From IMG/VR virus record IMGVR_UViG_3300042691_031247: a DNA stretch of 64,000 nucleotides. One strand, written 5' to 3'. This stretch comes from a virus (Duplodnaviria; Caudoviricetes). Below the pieces are notes generated by a model. It worked only from the letters and a program-made list of their open reading frames with translations, had not been told where the DNA came from and made no database searches. Shown here piece by piece: positions 20,071-27,753 of this stretch. Position 1 is the first letter of the stretch; every line of letters starts with the position of its first letter. The position numbers and the translations under genes are program-made.

Positions 20071-20954
20071 CGATGTAATCTCACTTGTTCTGTGCGGTAG
20101 ATAAGCGCCATGACGAGTCCGGCCAGTCTATAGGCTGGTAACGGGTGGTCAAACCACACATTTTTAAACGTTGCGTACGGTTCTTCAGGCGCAACGCCAA
20201 ATAGATCAAGAAACAGCGGCTCACCGAGAATTTCAAGCGTCGGCAGCAATGACGTGATTGCGGGCACTGGATTAGCGAGCAAGTTGATGTACCAACGCCC
20301 TTCGTACGTTGACGGGTCGGTGCTGAGTGCGCTGAGCTTTACGCGTACCTCAGTTTCAGGCAGTACGAGCGTCGGGAGCCCGTCTGCAACGGTCTGGCGT
20401 GTTTCTTGACGCTGGTCGTTAAGCGTCTCGGCACTGACTGTAAGAAACTCAGACTTTAACTCTTGCAGCATCAGTCCTTCGCCGGATTCCAGCGTCAACA
20501 CGGAACCTTCTTGTTCGCTAAGCACTGGGGTGTCGAGCGGGTCAACAAACGTGAGCGTGTATTGCCGATGCGCCCGCCCGGAGCCGTTGGCCGCGATAAA
20601 CTCGCCCCCAACCGCGACGGCGCGCGACGGCCCGCGAATTTGTTTAATCCAGATACCTGTCGGAAACTGAAAAGACGTCGCCGACGCTTCGGGCCAGTAT
20701 GTCACCCGGGGGTCGAGCTTGTATATGTATTCCGATAGTTCAGTTTGGTGTACGTAGCTCAGTAGTTCGCGGGCGCGCAGATTTAAAAACCGTTGGTCCG
20801 GCAGCGAGCCAAATAACACGCGGCGCAACGTCTTCAAAGTCTGCGGCAACACAAGCGGCCGGTATTCTACAGGAATGTACTCGTATCCGGCCAGCTGCTT
20901 GTCGGCGCTCTGGGCGAAGATATTCAACAAAAGTGTGCGGGCGTGATTAATCAT
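20067..20954 (-). CDS. Hypothetical baseplate-region protein
   Basis: 295 aa, coupled to the hub gene. Contains an LxxExG short repeat. Confidence 0.6.
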   Translation of the reverse strand: MINHARTLLLNIFAQSADKQLAGYEYIPVEYRPLVLPQTLKTLRRVLFGSLPDQRFLNLRARELLSYVHQTELSEYIYKLDPRVTYWPEASATSFQFPTGIWIKQIRGPSRAVAVGGEFIAANGSGRAHRQYTLTFVDPLDTPVLSEQEGSVLTLESGEGLMLQELKSEFLTVSAETLNDQRQETRQTVADGLPTLVLPETEVRVKLSALSTDPSTYEGRWYINLLANPVPAITSLLPTLEILGEPLFLDLFGVAPEEPYATFKNVWFDHPLPAYRLAGLVMALIYRTEQVRLHR

Positions 20955-20959
20955 GACGT

Positions 20960-21412
20960 CTACTTCTTTGGCAACACGTTAAACCGAAGAGACCACTGCG
21001 CAATTGCTGTTTGCGGGTCTTGCACCTCGACGCGCATACCGGTGAGGAACGCCCAGAAATTTGCGTTTGCGCACTCCCCGATATGGACCGAAAGATTGCC
21101 TTTTTCTTTAATGCGGTTTTGCGTATAGAAATCAAACAGGTTGCAGATCTTAGCTGACGAAGCGTTACCACATGTCTGCGAGAACCCGAAGCCCGACACC
21201 GTCAGCTCGCCGATTCGGTCACCGAACGCGTACACGTAAATAAAATCGTTTACGGTATGTAGAAACTGGTAATTGCCGTTTAGCTCTAGCGCGAAGCCAG
21301 ATATCGGCATGGTGAACTCGCCGCCGCTGATATCAACTTTAAATACGGCATCGCCAGAGCAGCCGGGAATTTTAGCGACGGCGCCAACGCAGGGACTAAA
21401 GACAGCAGCCAT
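20960..21412 (-). CDS. Tail-tube-initiator-like protein (tube fold, gp48/gp54-like)
   Basis: 150 aa directly after the tape measure. Contains NYQFLHTVNDFIYVYAFGDRIGELTVSG. Confidence 0.62.
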   Translation of the reverse strand: MAAVFSPCVGAVAKIPGCSGDAVFKVDISGGEFTMPISGFALELNGNYQFLHTVNDFIYVYAFGDRIGELTVSGFGFSQTCGNASSAKICNLFDFYTQNRIKEKGNLSVHIGECANANFWAFLTGMRVEVQDPQTAIAQWSLRFNVLPKK

Positions 21413-21419
21413 ATATCAC

Positions 21420-24400
21420 CTATCTGTGGTAAGAACCGGTTCCGCCCGCCATGTCGACTGGCGTACCGTCTGGCGTCTGTTCCATGTGGCGCCCGCTGGC
21501 CTGCATTACGGCCTCTGACAGGCCCTTTAATACAAGTGTGCCGGTAAGCTGCATGTCTCTCCCGCGCTCGTTGTCTTGAACGCCGCGCTGGGCACGCAAC
21601 GCTTGCTCGGCGTTTTGCTGCGCAACACTCGTCGCCTCGCGACCAGATGACACAAACGCTGCTTGTGTCTGCCGGATCGCTGTTACACCGGTAGACGCGC
21701 CGCTAGCCCACGGCGGCTCGCCGCCAGCGCTTGGAGCGTCGCCGCCTATGCTCGCCATCGGATCAATTTGTTGCTGCGCCGGATCAAGCGTTTTGATTTC
21801 GTCGCGCCGCTGGCGCAAGAAATCGTATTGCTTTTTGTCGTCACTAGACAGTTGCAGTTCGCTTGTAAACCAACCGGACTTTCCGCGCGATGCAATCTCT
21901 TCCATCTGCTTGGTAACAGTTCCAAGCGGATCGCCTGATTCGAGTTCTTTGCGTCGCTGACTCAGCGCGTCATATTTTTTGCGGTCTTCTTTTCCTAGCT
22001 GCAGTTCGCTAGTAAACCAGCCAGACTTACCGCGAGACGCAATCTCTTCCATCTGCTTGGTAACAGTTCCAAGCGGATCGCCGGATGTAATCTCGTCTTT
22101 GCGGCGCTGCAACGACGTGTATTTTTCTTTGTCTTCGTCGGATAGCTGTATTTCGCTGGTGAACCACCCCGGTTTGCCGCGCGACGCAATATCCTCCATC
22201 TGCTGCGTAACAAGCTGCAGCTGCTCTTGCTGCGACGGTTGACCCTGCGCACCGCCGCCGCCAGATAGCAAATCCATCATCTGCTGCAGCCCGCTCGAAT
22301 GCAGGGCTGCAGCTTGTTTAGGATCAAGATTTTGTGAAGTAAGTCCGCCGGCCGCGGGCGCTGGCGCGCCAGACTTTACGCGTTCCATTACTTTGGTCGC
22401 TTGATGTTCGGCCAACGTTTTGTGCAGGCGCGAGACGTTCGCGCGCTCTTCTTTCGACAAGAACATGCTGGTGCGCGCGCCGTCCAGCCCGTCTAAGCCC
22501 TTTTGCTGATCTTCTGGCGAGAACTTATCAAATAGCTTGCGCGCTTCGCCGCCGGGGAGCGACAGCAGCTGCTTTCGCTTATCCGTGTCGTACATCGCCG
22601 ACGTAAAGTTATCCGCGGTTGGATCTTTACTAATTTCGTCGACAACTTTTTGCTGCGCGTCTGTTAGTTTAGCGTCATCTGCGGCAGACGGTGTTGCCAG
22701 CTCTTTCTTTCTTTTCTGGAGTTCTTCCCACCGCTGCTGGTCCTCGTCGTTGCTGAATCGCATGTCAGTAGCCATCCAGCCGCGGTCTGTACCGCGTTTG
22801 CGCAGCGCCTCAATTTGAGCGTCGACGCTAGCGGGGTCGTCCATGTTGGTCTGCTTGGAACGAAACGTTTCCAACCCCTGCTCTTTGGCCGTTTCACGTG
22901 CTTTTGCGTAAACGTTGTTAAGCTGCTGCACGCCACGGTCGCCAGAGCCAAATACTGCTTCCAAGTGTTTTTTGGCTTTCTCTTCGGCGCGGGCTGGGAC
23001 CGAACCCTCGCTTTCAAAGTGCTTGATCATTTCTTCCTTCAAGCGCTTTGACATAAACTGCGCGCGATCTTCCGGTGTGTCGTCAACTTGGTTACCCATT
23101 TCGTTGATTGCAACGCCGGCGGCGACATCGGCCGTTTTGCGCATAAGATCTTTACGTCGGGCGTCGAACTGTTCGGCAGTTACGTTTTCCGGTTTAAGCG
23201 CAGCATACGCACGCTTATCGTAATTTTGTTCGAGCTGGTCGAACGTCTGCTTGCTAACGTCACGCGTAACCTCGTTGGTCTTGGCTAACGGTCGTTCTTG
23301 CGCCTCTGTGACTGTTTGCGCCGTTTGATTTAATCCGGCCGCAGCTAGCCCGCCGAACTCTTGCGACGCGCGTAATGCTTTTGACATAGCGCGGGCTTCT
23401 TCTTGTTTTGCGTCACTGAGTTTGCCGCCGAAGAAACCGCCCTGCATTTTCTTTTCAAATGCCGTTGTATCTTTATCCAGCGCAGCTTGAGCGAAAGCAT
23501 CGATTTGCTTCTGGTCAGCTTTCGGACCCAACACAGACTCGGCCATAGCGCGCGCGCCAGCCGTGACGTCTTCTTTTTTGCCGGTGTTATACGCTTTGAT
23601 GACCGCTGTAGACCGCCGGCGTTGCGCTTCGTTTTGTTCTTTTTGCGCAGGCGTATCACCCGCAGCCGTGTTACCGACCGCCATTTGAGCGCGGGCGTAG
23701 AGCGTCTGCTGCTGCTCGGCAGTCAATTCTTCGTCCGGCTTGAACCCTGCCATTGTCTTTAGTTTTTTCGCTTCCGGGCCAGTCGGATTTTTTTGCGCCT
23801 CTTCGTGCAGCTTTTGAATCTGCTCGGGTGTGATAGTAGCAGACGTATACATCTTGGCGGCTGCTACTAAACCTTCCTGCATGTCGGGCGCATACTTCTG
23901 CAGCATCTCGTCTTCCGACATGACGTTTAAGACGTGCTTTAATGATTCCGCGCGCGTACGCGTATTGTCCGACGAAATGTTATTTAATTCGTCGCCGACC
24001 CGTTGCGAGAACGTAGACTCGGTTCCCAGCGCGGCCTTATTGAAACGCTCGGCGCGACGCTCGTCGACCTTTTGCTTCGCATCAGCGTTCGCGAGTGCGC
24101 CGCGATCGCGGATTTGCTTCTGCCCCTCAATATTAACGCCCGTGCGCTCTTGCAGGATCGCGCTGGATTCCGTGTAGAGTGCGCGCATGTTTTCTTTGCG
24201 CGTTTCCGGGTCGGCGCCGTAAAGGGCGTTGAAGTATTTTTCAGCCCGGGCGTCGGCTGCGCGTTTGCCGAGATTACCACCGTCTTTACTCTGGAAGTAA
24301 TTCGACAGCTCTTCTTTGCCGCGCTTTTCGAGCGTCGCGTCAACCTCTTCGCTGCTCATGTCTTTCGTCTCGTTCATCACGACATCGAGCATGCGATTAG

Positions 24401-26306
24401 CGAGGTTAGGCGCAATCGTCTTTTTCTGTTCGGCAAACTCCTCGTCTGACATACCAGCCGGCTTAATCTTGTTGAAGTCTTCGCTGGCCATGGTGCCTTG
24501 CATAACCGCAGATTGGCGCTGCGCCAGCCGGCGCTGGTGCATGTAGGTTTGACCCTTGTAGGCATAGCCCTCCTGCACGAACGGCTGTAACCCCTGCCGA
24601 TCCATCTGGTACGCGCGGAAGAGGCGGTCCGACGCGCCGGATTCTTTTGCGAGTTGGTACATAGAGCCTACGCCGCCCTCGCCAACCATTTGCGCAAGAT
24701 TAAATTTTTGTCCCTTATACTCGAACTCTTCTTGATTGTTTCGGTATGCCTGTACGGCGGCTTCCATTTTGGTGCCGCGGTACTTGTCCGGGTTTTCTGT
24801 CACGAGCCTATTCAGCACAGCAATACTCTGCCCGCCGGCGCTCGCATCACCGCGGCGAGAGAAGTTAGCCATCACTTCATCGGCTTCTGCTTTTTGGAGC
24901 TTACCCGGGAGCATCTTGTTATACGCCCCGGAGTCGTGCATTGCTTGGCTACGCAGCATGTTTGTGTGCGCGCGCTCCAAACCGCTTTCGCGCGAGAGGC
25001 CCATCTGCACGCCCATCTCCTGCTCGTCACGCACGATCTTGTTTAATTCGGTCAGGCTGGTGTTAGAGTCTCGGGCCGCCATGCGCACTTGCCGCACCAG
25101 CTTTTCGAGTTTGCCCGGGGCTAGCGACGACGCGCCACCAGTTAAATGCTCAAGGCTTTTAATAAGCGCTTGAACCGGCGCGTTCTCTTGGCCATTGTCG
25201 CCAAAGATCTCGCGAATCGCGGCGATACTGCCCGTGTAGTCTTTAAGCGCTTTCGTGGTTCGCTGGGCGTCAACGGCGTTCGCGGCGGTGCTAAAACCGT
25301 CCATCTGCTCAATTTCAGAGACCGACTTGGCGCGCGGATCTTTGGCGGTGTGCCTGTCGATTTCTTGGAACGTCGAGCTGATGCGCTTCTTGTAGTCGCC
25401 CATCTTGTCGGCGAGCATGATCTTTTGTTCTTCTTCGGTGGCGTTCGCATAGTCGAAATTGCGCGACATTAAATCGTCATGCCCAAACTGCTCGGCAAGT
25501 CGGGTGATTGTCTTGTCGTCGCGCTTCGACGCGCTCATGGCTTTAACGCGCTCTGCCGGCGTGAGCGCGCCCAGCGCTTGCGGCAGCTGCCCCTTCTGGA
25601 ACAGGTGCTCCATCATTTCGCCGCTCGCTACGGCACCAAACCCGCGCATCTCGTTGAGGTTGGCGTCGGGGCCGTACATGTTTTGATATACATTCTGCGA
25701 AAACTGCCGCGTCGAGTTTTCGGACATCCGGCTGTCGCCTGTCGCGGCGTCGGCCCGGTAAAAGCCGATCCTGTTCGCGGCTGCGGCAGTAGCTGACGGG
25801 TCGCCGCGACGGCCGAACATAAGTCCTTCGTATGTTTCGGCGCCGATCTGGCTGGCGGCAAATTGTTTAAAAATTGGATTGTTTAATACGCGCGCCCCTG
25901 TGTTAGCCTGCTCGCGATCAAGCTGTGTGATTGGTTTGCCGCCGTTTGCGATCTGCTGCGCGGCTAGTATTTTTTTGGCGACCTCTTCGTTGCCGGCCAT
26001 GTGCGCGGCGTTAATAACCTGCGCGCCACCGCGCTGATACTGCGCAGCCGTGTGTTGGTCCATCACGTTCTGGCCGGGCATCTGGTGCATTAAAAACGCA
26101 TCTGGGCCGAAGGCGCCCTGCACCAGCTGCGGGCCGTACATGTTGGCCAGATAGCCAAACGCGTCGTCTACGTTTCTAGGATTCGTAAACGGCGAATAGG
26201 TCGGCGGGGCGTAGCGCAGAGCGTCTATAGACTGCGCCGCCGCCATGTCGTACTCGGACGGCGCGTTGCCAAAAAAGCCCGGATGAATGTACTGCGAAGC
26301 CTGCAT
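21420..26306 (-). CDS. Tape measure protein
   Basis: 1628 aa, helical and Ala/Gln/Glu/Lys-rich, Cys-free. Sits between the chaperone genes and the tube-initiator/hub genes. Confidence 0.85.
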   Translation of the reverse strand: MQASQYIHPGFFGNAPSEYDMAAAQSIDALRYAPPTYSPFTNPRNVDDAFGYLANMYGPQLVQGAFGPDAFLMHQMPGQNVMDQHTAAQYQRGGAQVINAAHMAGNEEVAKKILAAQQIANGGKPITQLDREQANTGARVLNNPIFKQFAASQIGAETYEGLMFGRRGDPSATAAAANRIGFYRADAATGDSRMSENSTRQFSQNVYQNMYGPDANLNEMRGFGAVASGEMMEHLFQKGQLPQALGALTPAERVKAMSASKRDDKTITRLAEQFGHDDLMSRNFDYANATEEEQKIMLADKMGDYKKRISSTFQEIDRHTAKDPRAKSVSEIEQMDGFSTAANAVDAQRTTKALKDYTGSIAAIREIFGDNGQENAPVQALIKSLEHLTGGASSLAPGKLEKLVRQVRMAARDSNTSLTELNKIVRDEQEMGVQMGLSRESGLERAHTNMLRSQAMHDSGAYNKMLPGKLQKAEADEVMANFSRRGDASAGGQSIAVLNRLVTENPDKYRGTKMEAAVQAYRNNQEEFEYKGQKFNLAQMVGEGGVGSMYQLAKESGASDRLFRAYQMDRQGLQPFVQEGYAYKGQTYMHQRRLAQRQSAVMQGTMASEDFNKIKPAGMSDEEFAEQKKTIAPNLANRMLDVVMNETKDMSSEEVDATLEKRGKEELSNYFQSKDGGNLGKRAADARAEKYFNALYGADPETRKENMRALYTESSAILQERTGVNIEGQKQIRDRGALANADAKQKVDERRAERFNKAALGTESTFSQRVGDELNNISSDNTRTRAESLKHVLNVMSEDEMLQKYAPDMQEGLVAAAKMYTSATITPEQIQKLHEEAQKNPTGPEAKKLKTMAGFKPDEELTAEQQQTLYARAQMAVGNTAAGDTPAQKEQNEAQRRRSTAVIKAYNTGKKEDVTAGARAMAESVLGPKADQKQIDAFAQAALDKDTTAFEKKMQGGFFGGKLSDAKQEEARAMSKALRASQEFGGLAAAGLNQTAQTVTEAQERPLAKTNEVTRDVSKQTFDQLEQNYDKRAYAALKPENVTAEQFDARRKDLMRKTADVAAGVAINEMGNQVDDTPEDRAQFMSKRLKEEMIKHFESEGSVPARAEEKAKKHLEAVFGSGDRGVQQLNNVYAKARETAKEQGLETFRSKQTNMDDPASVDAQIEALRKRGTDRGWMATDMRFSNDEDQQRWEELQKRKKELATPSAADDAKLTDAQQKVVDEISKDPTADNFTSAMYDTDKRKQLLSLPGGEARKLFDKFSPEDQQKGLDGLDGARTSMFLSKEERANVSRLHKTLAEHQATKVMERVKSGAPAPAAGGLTSQNLDPKQAAALHSSGLQQMMDLLSGGGGAQGQPSQQEQLQLVTQQMEDIASRGKPGWFTSEIQLSDEDKEKYTSLQRRKDEITSGDPLGTVTKQMEEIASRGKSGWFTSELQLGKEDRKKYDALSQRRKELESGDPLGTVTKQMEEIASRGKSGWFTSELQLSSDDKKQYDFLRQRRDEIKTLDPAQQQIDPMASIGGDAPSAGGEPPWASGASTGVTAIRQTQAAFVSSGREATSVAQQNAEQALRAQRGVQDNERGRDMQLTGTLVLKGLSEAVMQASGRHMEQTPDGTPVDMAGGTGSYHR
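21795..22235 (-). repeat. Three tandem 147-bp (49-aa) repeats in the tape measure C-terminus (GDPLGTVTKQMEEIASRGKSGWFTSELQL...)
   Basis: tccatctgct anchors at 21901, 22048 and 22195. Confidence 0.92.
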
Positions 26307-26321
26307 GTGCCGCCGCCGTGT

Positions 26322-26723
26322 TTATTTTTCGTTGTTTAGCGTTTTATATCGCTCCAACATGTCGCTCAGGTCTTTGCTTAACATTGTATCTTTTTTGGGC
26401 TCTTCGCCGCGCGGCTCTGACGGTTTTACGTCTTCCGGGGTGATCCACGGAAAAACAGTTTTTTGGATATCGCTTAGCAGTGCGTTTGAGCGCTTTTTGA
26501 TATCAGCAAAACTCTCTTCTGTCAGATTGCCGTGAGCCAACAGCGCCAACCAGTGCCGCTGCGCCGTAACTAGTAATTCGTAATCTTCTCGGCGCTCTAC
26601 CTCGTTTAGTAACAACCGGTGCTTAATTCTCCACTGACGATTTCTGGGATCGGCGCCGGCGTAGTTTATTGCGCCGGACACGGCAGCCCGCACCATTAGG
26701 GCTGCTACCCGATCCCGTTCCAA
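26322..26723 (-). CDS. Tail assembly chaperone, T-like segment (possibly expressed by -1 frameshift from the upstream gene)
   Basis: 133-aa helical ORF in the -1 frame, overlapping the upstream gene by 19 nt. TTG start with no clear SD. Immediately precedes the tape measure. Confidence 0.6.
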   Translation of the reverse strand: MERDRVAALMVRAAVSGAINYAGADPRNRQWRIKHRLLLNEVERREDYELLVTAQRHWLALLAHGNLTEESFADIKKRSNALLSDIQKTVFPWITPEDVKPSEPRGEEPKKDTMLSKDLSDMLERYKTLNNEK

Positions 26724-27742
26724 AAACTTGGTTCGAGCGCCATGGCCTCTAGCGCCTCCACCAGCCGCTGAAACCTCCGTAAGTGCGTACTGATCAGGCG
26801 GCGAGTAACTTCGTGCGCCAGCGCCTTTGTGTTAATGAACTGGCGCGCTGTTGGAAGAGCCGTCTGGTTCGGCTGATCCTCCGGCGGTGTAAACTTCACG
26901 TCGGCGAGGACGGGGTTTAACATCGTCGGCTTGCCGCTACTGTCGATGATGGCTTCAAGCGAGCACACCAACCGATATTCCGCAAGCCGCAGAAACCACT
27001 CCGCCTCCGAGAAAATCTCCCCGGCGTTCTGGTCAAGAAGCAGCTGCCGCTGAATTAAAAAGTTCTCGTCGGCAAGCAGGCTGCGGAGCCGCACAACCAT
27101 ACGGCCGCCGGCCAGCTCGTAGTCGCGCGTGAAGCGGTTGCCACCAAGCAGCGTGGCCAAAAAATCTTCTTTATCTGCGTCAGATACATCAACGTCAAAT
27201 TTCTGCTGCATGTTCCACCCGCACCGCGGGCAGAACGGCAGAATCGCCATCGGGCCTTCAACGTCGCCTGCTGGCGGTGGCAGCACTTCGTCAGCGGGCG
27301 CGGTCGGCGACTCGGCGGGCTTGTCGGCGTCGGCCGTTTGCACAATAACAACGTCGGGCTGGGTCGCTGGCGGCGTCTGCGGCACAAACTCAGCCGCGTC
27401 TGCGCGATCGTCTACGATTTGCGTCTCCATCATCTTCTTGTACGCCTCGGCCACGCTAGGCGCCATGTCTGCCGTCGCTTCTTTAAGCTTTTCGGCTGCT
27501 TCTTTCTTTTTACCTGCGTCCTTCGCGACCTTGAGGCTGTTCTTTACTTTTTCAACGTCCTCTTCCGTCATCAGCTCGGCGTCGATAAGTACGTCGATGC
27601 GCTTAGACGGCGGCAGCTTATCGCGAATTTGCAGCAGCAGCTCGCCAAGATCGGCCGGGATCGGGTCGTTTACTTTCCAACCAAACTGCTCCAGCGTGGC
27701 TTTGGTAAAGTCCGACACGTAGGGGTTTTCAACTAGCTCCAT
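26705..27742 (-). CDS. Tail assembly chaperone, G-like
   Basis: 346 codons from the ATG behind AAAGGAG. Pro/Ala linker, CPRC motif, ends ALEPSFWNGIG. Located two genes upstream of the tape measure. Confidence 0.6.
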   Translation of the reverse strand: MELVENPYVSDFTKATLEQFGWKVNDPIPADLGELLLQIRDKLPPSKRIDVLIDAELMTEEDVEKVKNSLKVAKDAGKKKEAAEKLKEATADMAPSVAEAYKKMMETQIVDDRADAAEFVPQTPPATQPDVVIVQTADADKPAESPTAPADEVLPPPAGDVEGPMAILPFCPRCGWNMQQKFDVDVSDADKEDFLATLLGGNRFTRDYELAGGRMVVRLRSLLADENFLIQRQLLLDQNAGEIFSEAEWFLRLAEYRLVCSLEAIIDSSGKPTMLNPVLADVKFTPPEDQPNQTALPTARQFINTKALAHEVTRRLISTHLRRFQRLVEALEAMALEPSFWNGIG

Positions 27743-27753
27743 GACCAACTCCT

